From assembly GCA_963752285.1 (NCBI GenBank), contig CAVVXN010000005.1, positions 1,696,001-1,760,000 on the forward strand: 64,000 bases of DNA, given 5' to 3'. A program made the translations under genes and the position numbers. Under the pieces are notes generated by a model. That model was not told where the DNA came from and ran no database searches. It worked only from the letters and a program-made list of their open reading frames with translations. The DNA is from an uncultured Planctomycetota bacterium (lineage in GTDB: Bacteria; Planctomycetota; PLA2; JAEUHO01). Shown piece by piece: positions 19,461 to 29,610 of the stretch; the stretch's first letter is position 1, and each line of letters starts with the position of its first letter.

Positions 19461-20591
19461 TCAGGCGCGCGTGACGCGCGGTGCACGGGCGCCGAGGGCG
19501 CGGAGCAGGCCGGACAGGCGAAGGTGCGTGTCGTGGGTCTCGAGCGCGACCCGGACCTCGTCGCCGACCGCGCGCGCGCGCGGTCCGATCTGCCAGTCCA
19601 CGTCGTCCTCGAGCGACCACGCCCAATCGGCGGAGGCAACCCCCATGGGCTCGAAGAAGAGGGGGACGGGCGCAGGGGAGCCATCGAGGATCCACCGGAA
19701 CCAGCGATTCAGCGCGTCGGCGGCCTCGCCGGCGACGACCTCGTCGGCGAATCTCGCGCTCACCTCGATGACGGGTGCCTCTTCGTTCACGAGGAGAGCA
19801 TGCCTCGGGGCGAGCCCCTTCCAAGCCGGGACCCCGGCGGGACCCGGGACGCGTGCCCCGGCCGCCCCCCCGCCCTCGGTGCGCGCGGCGACCGCGGCGA
19901 CGACGCTTTGCGCCCCCGCGCGCCGGAGCGCCACGGCCGCGGCGCGGGCGGTGGCGCCCGTCGTCAGGACGTCGTCCACGAGGAGAACGGACCGGGAGCG
20001 GACGCGCGCCCGGTCCGCGCGGAAGGCCCCACGGGGAGATCGCCGCCGGCGCCCGCCTGCGAGGGAGGTCTGCGGCGGAACGTCCCGCACGCGGAGGAGC
20101 GCGTGGGGATCCCACGGCAGGTCGAGCTCCTTCGCCACGACGCTCGCCACGAGGAGCGCCTGATCGAAGCCGCGACGCCGGTGGCGGCGGCGCGACAGGG
20201 GGACCGGGACGACGAGGTCGCCGGGCACGTCGCGCGACTCGGCGGCGTCCGCGATCCCGCGGCCGAGCACCTCCGCGGCGCCGAGGCGACCCTTGAACTT
20301 CAACGCGAGCACGAGCTCGCGCGCCGCCGCCTCGTAGGGCCAGGCGGCGACCACGCCGTCGAGACGCAGGTCCTCGGCCCGGCAACGGCCGCAGGGCGCG
20401 CGCGCGGCGTAGGGCCCCGTCTGGCGACCGCACGCGGGGCAGCGCACCGACGCGGGGGGCAGCCGGGCCGCGCACGGGGGACAGAGGGAGGTCGGGTCCC
20501 AGTGGACGGCGCGGCAGAGCGCGCAGCGCGGCGGCAGGAAGGCGTCGAGGAGGGCCTCGGCGAGCGCGAGGGGGGCGCGGACCGCGATCAC
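19461..20591 (-). CDS. comF: ComF-family phosphoribosyltransferase, read in frame with an extra ~109-aa C-terminal ORF (probably a separate gene from GTG 19790)
   Basis: CxxC zinc-ribbon motifs, VPVPL, RRGFDQA, LLVDDVLTTGAT. Confidence 0.85.
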   Translation of the reverse strand: MIAVRAPLALAEALLDAFLPPRCALCRAVHWDPTSLCPPCAARLPPASVRCPACGRQTGPYAARAPCGRCRAEDLRLDGVVAAWPYEAAARELVLALKFKGRLGAAEVLGRGIADAAESRDVPGDLVVPVPLSRRRHRRRGFDQALLVASVVAKELDLPWDPHALLRVRDVPPQTSLAGGRRRRSPRGAFRADRARVRSRSVLLVDDVLTTGATARAAAVALRRAGAQSVVAAVAARTEGGGAAGARVPGPAGVPAWKGLAPRHALLVNEEAPVIEVSARFADEVVAGEAADALNRWFRWILDGSPAPVPLFFEPMGVASADWAWSLEDDVDWQIGPRARAVGDEVRVALETHDTHLRLSGLLRALGARAPRVTRA

Positions 20592-20663
20592 GACACGACA
20601 TCGCGCGGCCGGCCCCGCCGGTTACACGGGTCGCACCGACCGGTCGCGGGTGTCCCGCGGCGC

Positions 20664-20852
20664 CTACCGCCCCAACAGGTCCAGCGTGTGGGCGACGGTG
20701 GGGCCCGCGAGGTACACGGCGACCGCCGAGGCGGCGACCACGAGGAGCCACGCGATGCCGATCCAGGCCGCGGTCTCGGCTCCGGCCGTCGAGGCGGGCG
20801 CCCCCGGGGGCGCGGGCGCGGGCTCGGGGTTCGTGGCGGCGTTCCCGTCCAT
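20664..20852 (-). CDS. Small single-TM protein, weakly Flp-pilin-like
   Basis: 62 aa; polar leader then hydrophobic AWIGIAWLLVVAASAVAVYLAG; same strand just upstream of comF. Confidence 0.5.
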   Translation of the reverse strand: MDGNAATNPEPAPAPPGAPASTAGAETAAWIGIAWLLVVAASAVAVYLAGPTVAHTLDLLGR

Positions 20853-20908
20853 CGTTTCGTCGTCCTTCGACGGCCCGTAGGATGCCTCGGTTCCCACGGG
20901 AAGCGTAC

Positions 20909-23038
20909 ATGTCGAAGCGGCGCCGCGCCGAGATCCTGCTGCCGTCGCCGCTCGGTCTCGTCGCGTACGACGTCCTCGAGGACACGACGTACGTGGGCCC
21001 CGGACCGCGCGGCGGCCTGACGGCGGCCCCGAACCCGTTCCCGCGGGCCGTCGTCGTGCTCTCGGCCACCGAGCGCGGCCTCGTCGCGCGGCCGCTCCCG
21101 GGCGAGGCGGAGCCCCGGGTGAACGGCGAGCCCGCGGGTGACCGCGTGCTCGAGGACGGCGACCGGGTGGAGATCGGCGCGGAGGTCCTCCAGGTCCGGG
21201 GCCTCGCGCCCGCCGCCCCGGCCCGGACCGACGTGACGGCCCCGCCGGACGAGGGCCAGCGCCCGCGCGGCCGAGGCCCGCTCTTCCGGCGCCCGTGGTG
21301 GGTCCACGCAATCGGGCTGGCCGGCGGACTGGCCCTCCTCGCGGCGGTCGCCCTGGCCGTGAACCTCCTCTCGCAGCTGAAGGAGGGGGAGAAGGTCGTG
21401 GTGTCCATCCCGCCCCCGCCCGAGCCCCTCCCCGGGCCGGCGCACGACAAGGACGCGGCGGGCAAGGCGTACGACCAGGTCCTCCAGTGGGAGAACGAAC
21501 ACCCCGACGACCCCGACCGGCTGATCGCCCGCTGGCACGACTTCGTGCGGGCGTGGCCCGACCGTCCCGAGGCGGGCCGGGCGCAGGCGCACATCCGCGA
21601 GATCGTGGAACGCGCCGCTCAGGCCCGGCTCGACCAGCTCGAGAAGGACGTCGGCGCGCTCGTCCCACAGAATCGCTTCAACACGGCGCTCGCGAAGATC
21701 CGCGAGTACGAGCGGATCTACGGGGCGACCGAGTCGGGGCGCCGAATCGAGCAGGTCAAGAAGGGCGTGCGCGACGCCGCCCGGCGCGCGCTGGACGACC
21801 TCCTGAGGCGGGTCGGCCCGCGTGTCGCGTCGGACCCGCGCGGGGTCCACCGCGAGCTCCTCGCGGCGGGGCCGGAGTTCCCGCCCGACCTCGCCGCGGA
21901 GATCACCGACCTGATGGAGCGCGCGCTCGACCTGATGCAGAGCCAGGGCCACGCGCCGCTCTCGAACCCCCCGGGCTCCGGCGGCCCGGGCCCGTCGCCG
22001 GGGCCGGTGCCCGGTCCCCCGCCCGCCCCCGGCCCGGGCCCCGGTCCCACCGGCCCCGGCACGACGCCCCCGACGCCGAGCGCCGCCCCACCGGACGGGG
22101 CCGCGCCCACGCCCCCCGCGCCGGCAACCGAGCCCGAGGAGGCCCAGACCGTGGCGGCGTGGAAGGCCGCGCACGACGCCCTCGTCGCCGGGCGCTACGC
22201 CGACGCGTTCCAGGCCTACACGGTTCTCATCATGACGCACGGGAACACCGACGCGTACCGGCACAACAAGCGCGCGATCTCCGCGGGACGCTACGCAGCG
22301 AAGGTCGGTGCGGAGGGCGCGGCGGCGCTCCTCTCGGTCCCCGCGCATACCAAGCACGGGAAGATCGAGGTCGAGTACGGGTTCGACGACCCCCGCGTCG
22401 TAGAGCAGGACTTCTCGATCGAGCAGCCCTTCCCGAGCGAGCAGCCGATGGGCGGAACGCTCGACCACGGGACCGTACGGCTCACCGGGACGAGCGGCCT
22501 CTTCCACCTCTTCGTGTGGTCTCCGGACGTCCACCTCGAGGCGGACGTCGACGTCGAGGTGGCGCACGACGTCGGCGCGCTCGCGGTGGAGAACGCCGAC
22601 GAGCTCCGGGCGATCGTGCTGAGCCTCGCGAACCGGCGTTTCGGGCTCAAGAAGACCGCGAACCGCATCGAGAACCCCGGCCACGTGCTCTGGTTCATGG
22701 GCCAGGGCGCGTGGTCCACGGCCGACCCGGACGCGGTCGGCTACATCAAGATCGCCGAGCGCGGGACCGTGAAGCTCGAGAACGGTCAGTCCGGCACGAT
22801 CGAGCTCACACGCACCGGGGATCGCGCGGAGGCCGGTTTCCACGGCAAGAGCGAGAACGTGAGCCTCAAGGGCACGGTGCGAGGGGACGACGGCAAGGGC
22901 ATGGGTGCGGCGCGGGTCGGGCTGTTCGCGAACACGGGCGTGCTCGTGGTGCGGCGCGTGCGGATCTCCGGCACCGTGGACGAGGCGTGGTTCAAGGAGC
23001 GCCTGAAGCACCTGGTCGAGGACGACCCGGGGCCGTAG
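20909..23038 (+). CDS. Membrane protein: degenerate FHA-like N-domain, TM, helical region, Pro-rich linker, beta-sandwich C-domain
   Basis: PRVNGEP…LEDGDRVEIG; TM WWVHAIGLAGGLALLAAVALAV; PGPGP low-complexity linker. Confidence 0.7.
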   Translation: MSKRRRAEILLPSPLGLVAYDVLEDTTYVGPGPRGGLTAAPNPFPRAVVVLSATERGLVARPLPGEAEPRVNGEPAGDRVLEDGDRVEIGAEVLQVRGLAPAAPARTDVTAPPDEGQRPRGRGPLFRRPWWVHAIGLAGGLALLAAVALAVNLLSQLKEGEKVVVSIPPPPEPLPGPAHDKDAAGKAYDQVLQWENEHPDDPDRLIARWHDFVRAWPDRPEAGRAQAHIREIVERAAQARLDQLEKDVGALVPQNRFNTALAKIREYERIYGATESGRRIEQVKKGVRDAARRALDDLLRRVGPRVASDPRGVHRELLAAGPEFPPDLAAEITDLMERALDLMQSQGHAPLSNPPGSGGPGPSPGPVPGPPPAPGPGPGPTGPGTTPPTPSAAPPDGAAPTPPAPATEPEEAQTVAAWKAAHDALVAGRYADAFQAYTVLIMTHGNTDAYRHNKRAISAGRYAAKVGAEGAAALLSVPAHTKHGKIEVEYGFDDPRVVEQDFSIEQPFPSEQPMGGTLDHGTVRLTGTSGLFHLFVWSPDVHLEADVDVEVAHDVGALAVENADELRAIVLSLANRRFGLKKTANRIENPGHVLWFMGQGAWSTADPDAVGYIKIAERGTVKLENGQSGTIELTRTGDRAEAGFHGKSENVSLKGTVRGDDGKGMGAARVGLFANTGVLVVRRVRISGTVDEAWFKERLKHLVEDDPGP

Positions 23039-23059
23039 CGGCCCGGGGGAGGCGAGTCG

Positions 23060-24631
23060 ATGGCGGGCCCCGCGATCACGCTCGGTGGTCACCTGGCGGT
23101 CGAGGAAGCGCTCTCTGCGGCGCGGGGGCCCCGCCGCGTCCACCTCGCCCCGGGGGCGAAGCGCGCGGTGCGCGCGTCCGCGGCCCGGATCCGCCAGGCC
23201 GTCCGCGAGGGCGCGTGGATCTACGGCGTCACGACCGGTTTCGGGAGCAACGCGGTCGCGCCGATCCGTCCCGACGACGCGCAGGCCCTCCAGGAGAACC
23301 TGCTCCGGAGCCACGCGTTCGGCGCGGGTCCGCTCCTCGACGACGAGACCGTGCGCCTCGCCTTGCTGCTCCGCGTGCACGCGCTCGCACACGGCCGCTC
23401 GGGGCTGCGCCTCTCGACACTCGAGGCGCTGGCCCGCCTCTACGAGGAGGACGTCCTCGCCGAGGTGCCGAGCCGGGGGAGCGTCGGCGCGAGCGGCGAC
23501 CTGGCCCCCCTCGCGTACCTGGCGCTGCCGCTGATCGGCGAGGGCCGCGTGCGGCACCGCGGCCGGTCCACGACGGCGAAGCGCGCGCTCGCGCGCGCGG
23601 GCCTCGAGCCGGTGGCCCTCTCGTACAAGGAGGGGCTCGCCCTCGTGAACGGGATGCAGATCACGCTCGCGATCGCGCTCCTCGCGCTCGAGTCGGCGGA
23701 GGCGCTGCTCCTCGTGGCGGACGTCGCGGCGGCGCTCACCACAGAGGCCCTCGCGGGCCGCTCCGCCGCCCTCGACGCGCGCATCCAGACCGCACGCGGG
23801 CATCCCGGCCAGATCGCGAGCGCAGCGCGTATCCGCGCGGTCCTCGAGGGGAGCCGGCTCGTGGACGTCGCGCACGAGGCGATCCCGGGCAAGCGCCGCG
23901 CGCCCCAGGACGCGTACGGCATCCGCTGCGCCCCCCAGGTGCACGGCGCGGCGGCCGACGGCATCCGCTACGCGCGGGAGGTCTTCACGCGCGAGATCGA
24001 CGCCGTCACGGACAACCCGCTCGTGTTCGACCAGGACGTCCTCTCCGGCGGGAACTTCCACGGAGAGCCCCTGGGCCTCGCCGCCGACCACCTGCGCCTG
24101 TGCGTCCACGAGCTGGGGAGCATCGCCGAGCGCCGCGTCGCCACGCTCGTGGACCCCCTCCTGAACGAGGGTCTCCCCCCCTACCTCGCCCCGAAGCGCG
24201 GGCTCCACAGCGGGTTCATGATCCCGCAGTACGTCGCGGCCGCGCTCGTCAGCGAGACGAAGACGCTCTCGTTCCCTGCGAGCGCGGACTCGATCCCCAC
24301 CGGCGCGAACATCGAGGACCACGTGAGCATGGCGACCATCGCCGCGCGGCGTGCGCGCGAGACGGCCGACCTCGTGGCCACCGTGCTCACCATCGAGATC
24401 ATGGCGGCGTGCCAGGCGATCGACCTCCGGCGCCTCGCCCCCGCGCCCGCCTCCCGTCGGGTGATGGAGGTCGTGCGCGAGGCCGTGCCCTTCCGGGCCC
24501 GGGACGGTCTGTGGGGCGACGCGCTCGAGAAGGTGAAGGCCCGCGTCCTCGACGGCCGGGTCGCCCGGGCGGCGGGCCTGGGCGGGTCCGGCGATCCGTC
24601 CCGCGGCCGGAAGGGACGGCGCCGCCGATGA
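23060..24631 (+). CDS. hutH: Histidine ammonia-lyase
   Basis: IYGVTTGFG, LLRSH specificity motif, GSVGASGDLAPL (MIO), QDAYGIRC, NIEDHVSM. Confidence 0.93.
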   Translation: MAGPAITLGGHLAVEEALSAARGPRRVHLAPGAKRAVRASAARIRQAVREGAWIYGVTTGFGSNAVAPIRPDDAQALQENLLRSHAFGAGPLLDDETVRLALLLRVHALAHGRSGLRLSTLEALARLYEEDVLAEVPSRGSVGASGDLAPLAYLALPLIGEGRVRHRGRSTTAKRALARAGLEPVALSYKEGLALVNGMQITLAIALLALESAEALLLVADVAAALTTEALAGRSAALDARIQTARGHPGQIASAARIRAVLEGSRLVDVAHEAIPGKRRAPQDAYGIRCAPQVHGAAADGIRYAREVFTREIDAVTDNPLVFDQDVLSGGNFHGEPLGLAADHLRLCVHELGSIAERRVATLVDPLLNEGLPPYLAPKRGLHSGFMIPQYVAAALVSETKTLSFPASADSIPTGANIEDHVSMATIAARRARETADLVATVLTIEIMAACQAIDLRRLAPAPASRRVMEVVREAVPFRARDGLWGDALEKVKARVLDGRVARAAGLGGSGDPSRGRKGRRRR

Positions 24632-25950
24632 GCCGCATCGAGCCCCGCACGCTGAAGGGCTTCCGCGACCTCTTCTTCGGCCCCGCGCGGCGTCGCGAGT
24701 CGATGGTCGCTCGCGCGACCGCGGCGTTCCGCCGCTTCGGGTACCTCCCCATCGAGACGCCCGCGCTCGAGTACGCGGAGATCCTCGAGGGGAAGGGCGG
24801 CGAGGAGAGCGACAAGCAGCTCTACGCCTTCGACGACGCGGGCGGGCGCCGGGTCGCGCTCCGCTTCGACCTCACCGTCCCGCTCGCGCGGTTCGTGGCC
24901 GAGCACCACGGCCGGCTCGCCTTCCCCTTCCGGCGCTACCACGTCGCGCCCGTGTGGCGCGGCGAGCGGCCGCAGAAGGGTCGCTTCCGCGAGTTCGTGC
25001 AGTGCGACGCGGACCTCGTGGGCGCCACGGGAGAGGCGGCCGACGCCGAGATGCTCGTGGTGCTCGACGCGGCATACCGCGAGATCGACGAGGGGGCGGT
25101 GCACCTCCGCGTGAACGACCGGCGCGTGCTCGAGGGGCTCCTCGATCGGCTCGGGGCCTCGGAGATCGCGGTGCCCGTGCTCCGCGCGCTCGACAAGCTC
25201 GACAAGCGGGGCGCCGACGCGGTCCTCGCCGAGATGTCGGCGGCGGGGCTTCCGAGCGCGGATGCGCGACGCCTGCTCGACCTCGCGGTGCCGGGCACGA
25301 GCGACGACGAGACGCTCCTCGCGCTCGGCCGGGCGGTCGAGGGGAGCCTGCGCGGCGAGGCCGGCGTCGAGTCGCTCCGACGCGTACGGGTGCTGGCGGT
25401 TGCTGGGGGCGTCGAGCCCGGGACACTCACCATCGACCCGCGCATCGCGCGTGGCCTGGACTACTACACGGGCATCGTCTTCGAGGCGACGCTCGCCGAC
25501 CGCTCCGACTTCGGGAGCGTCGGCGGCGGCGGTCGCTACGACGACCTCGCCGGCCTCTACACGAAGGAGCGCCTCCCGGGCGTCGGGGGATCCGTGGGGA
25601 TCGACCGCCTCCTCGCCGCGATCGAGGACCGCGAGGGCGATTCGTCGGAGCCCGCGCCCTGCGACGTGATGGTCGCGCACCCGGGCGCGGAGCGACTTCC
25701 GCGAGCGTTCGCTCTGGCCGCGGCGCTCCGCGGGGCGTCCTACGCGGTCGAGGTCTTCCCCGAGGAGCGGAAGCACGCGGCGCAGATGCGGTACGCCGAC
25801 CGGCGGAGGATCCGCTTCGTCCTTACCCTCGACGACGACGGCACCGTCCACGGGAAAGACCTCGTGGAAGGCGGCACGTTCGACGCGGCCGACGCGCCCG
25901 GCGTCGCGCACGCGCTCGCGAGCCGACACGAGGTCCCGCCGCCCGGCTGA
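24628..25950 (+). CDS. hisS: Histidine--tRNA ligase
   Basis: RTLKGFRD, LRFDLTVPLAR, WRGERPQKGRFREF, ARGLDYYTG, GGGRYD, anticodon domain. Confidence 0.97.
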   Translation: MSRIEPRTLKGFRDLFFGPARRRESMVARATAAFRRFGYLPIETPALEYAEILEGKGGEESDKQLYAFDDAGGRRVALRFDLTVPLARFVAEHHGRLAFPFRRYHVAPVWRGERPQKGRFREFVQCDADLVGATGEAADAEMLVVLDAAYREIDEGAVHLRVNDRRVLEGLLDRLGASEIAVPVLRALDKLDKRGADAVLAEMSAAGLPSADARRLLDLAVPGTSDDETLLALGRAVEGSLRGEAGVESLRRVRVLAVAGGVEPGTLTIDPRIARGLDYYTGIVFEATLADRSDFGSVGGGGRYDDLAGLYTKERLPGVGGSVGIDRLLAAIEDREGDSSEPAPCDVMVAHPGAERLPRAFALAAALRGASYAVEVFPEERKHAAQMRYADRRRIRFVLTLDDDGTVHGKDLVEGGTFDAADAPGVAHALASRHEVPPPG

Positions 25951-26013
25951 GCCGCCGGCCCGCGGCGTCCCGGCCCCCCACGCGCCCTCCGGGCGCTCCC
26001 CCTCGACACCCGG

Positions 26014-27708
26014 CTACCGCCAGTAGTAGCTCCACGCGTACTGGAGGTCGATCGACGTCCCGGGCTCCAAGTCGAGCTCCCAGCGTACCTGGCTCACGCT
26101 GTTGAAGTGGTACCACCAGTAGGGCCACGCGTACCAACCCCACCAGGTCGGCGGGTGCCAGCGCGCCCAGCTCGCCTCCTCCATCGCGTTCACGCCCTCG
26201 ATCGTCGCGTCGGGGGTCGCCTTCGTCGCGCGCCCGAGGAGGGAGCGGGTGACCTCGAGGTGGACGGCCTCCTTCTTGTAGCTCGTGAGCGTGAGCTTCC
26301 CCTCCATGTCCACGCGCGCGTACGTGTCGCCCTGCCAGCGGACCGCATCGACCTTGCGCTCGGCCTCGCGATCGCTCTTCTTCACGTGGACGTCCACGGC
26401 CGTCGTGATCGGGAGGTCCACCGAGCCCCCGGCGCTCGTGTAGGTCATCAGGCCCTGCGCGAGGACCTTCCCGTTCCGAAACAGGAGCGCCGGCGCGGTG
26501 GTGAGCGGGTGCGGACCGTCGTTCTGGATCCGGGCCTGGTGCACCACCTTCGGCGCGGCCTCGAGCCGGAGCAGCTCGAGCTGCTCCTGGTTCCGGTAGA
26601 CCTGCTGCGCGATCTGGGGCCAGACCTCGGGCGGCGGCGAGAAGGGCGCGTCGAGCGTGTAGACGTCCGAGTACGAGAGCGTCACGTCGGACACGGGGAC
26701 GACGAGGCGCTCGCCCTTGCCTACCGTCACGTGCGCGACGTGGAACACGTACAGGTCCTCGTTCTGCGCGGATCCGAGTACCTCGGGCGGCGTGGGGGCC
26801 TCCGCGGCGCCCTCGTCTCGCCGCCGCTCGACCTGCGTTTGGATGGCGTTCGAGAGCATCTGGCCCGCGTAGGAGCCCCGCGGCATGCGCTGCGCCACCT
26901 GGGCCACCGCGGCCCCCAGGGCGATGGGGTCGAGCGTGTCGGAGAACGCGAAGGTCGGGACGCCGATCACGAGGTCCACGTCCACGTCGTCGAGGTCCGT
27001 CAGGTCGTCGACGATCGTGGCCTGGAGTCGGACGTGGGCCTTCCCCCCGTCGAGCAGGTCCACCTTGTAGGAGGGGATCCAGCGGAGCCCGCTCTCCAGC
27101 GCGAGGTAGCCGACGGTCGCGGCGTCCTTCCGCGGCCCCGACCAGGAGAGCCCGAGCGTGAGCCGGTCCTGGGTCACCTCGCCCGGGAGGCTCGACTTCG
27201 GCTCTTCGCGGAAGACGACCTCGCGGATGCGCGCGACGGGCATCACGCGGACGCCTTCGTCGTCCTGGAGGAGGATCGTGTTGCCCCGGACGGAGAGGAC
27301 CTTCGCGTGGAACGAGTGCCCGTCCACGTCCGTGGGGATGACCTGGGCACCGACGTTCAGACGGAGGAGGTCCACGATCTCGGTCGCCGTGTGCGCCACC
27401 TGCACCGTCGTCTGGCCCGCGCGGGCCGACGTGAGCTTCGCGCCCGCCTCGTCGGCGAAGGGCCAGAAGGTGCCGAGCACGGGCGCGGGGAGGCGTTGGA
27501 GCACGACGTTGCCGTCCTTCTCGACCGGGAGCGTTCCGGCGCGCAGCAGGAGCGCGTGGCCGTCCTTGAAGACGGTCACCTCCTTCACGGGCAGCGACAC
27601 CGCCTTCGCAGGCGTCTCGGCGTCGTCGGCGCGCGCGGCGGGCGCGAGCGTCGGCAGCAACGCGAGCAAGACGAGCGCGGCGACACGAAGGAGAACGGGG
27701 TTCCTCAT
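26014..27708 (-). CDS. Exported DUF4140/DUF4139-type protein
   Basis: Signal peptide; VKEVTVFKDGHA; GLRWIPSYKV; DLYVFHV; beta-rich C-terminus. Confidence 0.7.
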   Translation of the reverse strand: MRNPVLLRVAALVLLALLPTLAPAARADDAETPAKAVSLPVKEVTVFKDGHALLLRAGTLPVEKDGNVVLQRLPAPVLGTFWPFADEAGAKLTSARAGQTTVQVAHTATEIVDLLRLNVGAQVIPTDVDGHSFHAKVLSVRGNTILLQDDEGVRVMPVARIREVVFREEPKSSLPGEVTQDRLTLGLSWSGPRKDAATVGYLALESGLRWIPSYKVDLLDGGKAHVRLQATIVDDLTDLDDVDVDLVIGVPTFAFSDTLDPIALGAAVAQVAQRMPRGSYAGQMLSNAIQTQVERRRDEGAAEAPTPPEVLGSAQNEDLYVFHVAHVTVGKGERLVVPVSDVTLSYSDVYTLDAPFSPPPEVWPQIAQQVYRNQEQLELLRLEAAPKVVHQARIQNDGPHPLTTAPALLFRNGKVLAQGLMTYTSAGGSVDLPITTAVDVHVKKSDREAERKVDAVRWQGDTYARVDMEGKLTLTSYKKEAVHLEVTRSLLGRATKATPDATIEGVNAMEEASWARWHPPTWWGWYAWPYWWYHFNSVSQVRWELDLEPGTSIDLQYAWSYYWR

Positions 27709-27830
27709 CACGACTTCCTCCGCGAGGCGACGAAGGCGACGATATCGCCGAGCCGTCGCCGCGGACGCAAAGGCTCTGCAAGTTCCAGAGCGGCTCGCTC
27801 GCGTTGACGAGGGGGAGGAGGAAGACCCTC

Positions 27831-29549
27831 ATGACGGCTCGGTGGGCGCTGCTCTGGGTCGCGTCGGTCGCGTGCGCCTTCGTCCTGGGGTGGGCCGTCG
27901 CCCGCGAACGGCCCGGGGGGGCCCTCGCGCCCGGGTCGGGTCCGAGGGCCGCGACGGGCGCCGGGATCCCGAAGGCCTCGCGAGCGCGCGCGGGCCCCAC
28001 CGTGCCCCCGGCCACGCTCGCGCCGGCGCCTCCCGCGCCGGCTCCGGCCGCGTCCGAGGGGCGCGCGGCCGAGGCGGGCGTCGCCGGGCTCCCGGACGGC
28101 GCGCCGACGCCACGGGGCCGCCCCCTCCTCGGCGCCCCGTCGGCCTGGGTGGTCGTCTCGCTCGGGTACCCGGGCGGGTGGCGCGCGCGGGGCGGACGGG
28201 TGTACGCGCTGCCGGCGGGAGCCCGGGGCGCTCGGGGCTTCGAGGCGGCGCCGACGGTGGACGCCGAGGGTGACGGCCCGTGGCGTCTCCCGCTCCCCGC
28301 CGCGGGTCGCTGGGACGTGGGCTTCGTGTGCGACCTCGGTGCCGTGCTCCTGGAGGACGTGGTCGTGGACGAGGGCGGCGAGGCGCACGTCCGGCTGTCC
28401 GCGCCCGGCGCGGCGCCCGTGCACGTCGAGATCGTGGGCGCCCCCGCTCGGCTCCCGTCCGTCCACGTCCGGATCGCCGGACAGGGGGAGCCCGTGTCGC
28501 TTCCCGGGCGCGGCCAGCGCGCGCCGGTCGCGTGGTCGACCGAGCTCGGCGAGACCGCCGGGGCCTCGCCCCCGATCGAGGGCGGGCGGCCGCTCCGCGC
28601 CCAGGCCTGGCTCGATCCCAAGTCCGGCGAGGCCCCGTGGTGGAGACTCGTCGCGGAGTCGAAGGATGTCGAGGCCGGCGAGACGGTGCGGTTGTGTCTC
28701 GTGCACCTCGGTCACGTCCGCGTGCGCTTCCGGGTCGGATCCGAGGGAGGGCCCCACGGCGTCGCACCGTCCCTCCGTTCCCTGACGGCGCCCGACGGGC
28801 CGCTCGTCTGGTGCGCGGTGATTCCGGACGCGGCCGGGTCCGTCGTCCTCGCCGCGGACCCGGGAACGTACCGGCTCGCGTGGACGGGACAGTTCGTCGC
28901 CGACGGCCACGTGGACGGCGTACGCATCGCGCCCGGAGAGACCACGGACCTCGCGGTCGACCTCGTCGCGATCCCCGACCGCTACGCCCCATACGCGAAC
29001 GTCCCCGACTTCCCGCTCCGCGTTCGGGGAACCGTGGAGAGCCGAGGCCAGCCTGGACGGGAGGTGGTGGTCGCGGCGCTCGTGACGGAGGAGGTGGGCG
29101 CCGAGACGACGGTCGAGAGCACCGGCTTCGACCCGGCCCCGGACGCGTCGCCCGAGGTCGAGTGGAGGGACGCCCGCCTCGTGGTCGCCCGACAGGGACC
29201 GTGGCGCGCGGGGGGGCCCTTCGCGGGACCGTTCTCGCACGGGATCGACGTGTCGGTCGAGCCGGGGGGCCTCCTCCTCGTCGCGCCCGAGACGGTGACG
29301 TCGGCGCACCTCGGCCGGCTCCGCGTCCGCCGCGTCGACGGCGCGCCGTTCTTCGCGTGGCGTCAGGAGGACGGGGAGCTCCAGCCCCTCGAGCCGGGCG
29401 TGGAGATGGAGGTGGACGCGGGGACGATCCTCGGCCCCTTCCCGGCGGGCCGCGTCTCCTTCGAGGTGCGCCTCGGCGGCGCGCGGTTCGCCGACGCGAG
29501 GGCCACGGTCCTTCCGGACCGGCTCGAGGTGCTCCGCCTCACGCGGTGA
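27831..29549 (+). CDS. Membrane-anchored hypothetical protein with Ig/transthyretin-like beta repeats
   Basis: GGAGGAGG RBS, N-terminal TM, Pro/Ala linker, DPGTYRL…GVRIAPGET motif. Confidence 0.6.
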   Translation: MTARWALLWVASVACAFVLGWAVARERPGGALAPGSGPRAATGAGIPKASRARAGPTVPPATLAPAPPAPAPAASEGRAAEAGVAGLPDGAPTPRGRPLLGAPSAWVVVSLGYPGGWRARGGRVYALPAGARGARGFEAAPTVDAEGDGPWRLPLPAAGRWDVGFVCDLGAVLLEDVVVDEGGEAHVRLSAPGAAPVHVEIVGAPARLPSVHVRIAGQGEPVSLPGRGQRAPVAWSTELGETAGASPPIEGGRPLRAQAWLDPKSGEAPWWRLVAESKDVEAGETVRLCLVHLGHVRVRFRVGSEGGPHGVAPSLRSLTAPDGPLVWCAVIPDAAGSVVLAADPGTYRLAWTGQFVADGHVDGVRIAPGETTDLAVDLVAIPDRYAPYANVPDFPLRVRGTVESRGQPGREVVVAALVTEEVGAETTVESTGFDPAPDASPEVEWRDARLVVARQGPWRAGGPFAGPFSHGIDVSVEPGGLLLVAPETVTSAHLGRLRVRRVDGAPFFAWRQEDGELQPLEPGVEMEVDAGTILGPFPAGRVSFEVRLGGARFADARATVLPDRLEVLRLTR

Positions 29550-29610
29550 CCCGCGCGTGGGGGGCGCCGCGCCCCGCGTGCGCGGCGGCGGCGCGGCATG
29601 CGGCCATGCC

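Noticed and set aside
21960..22130. GC-rich repeats (ccgggc/cccggc)
   Set aside because: Encode the Pro/Gly linker of the 20909-23038 protein
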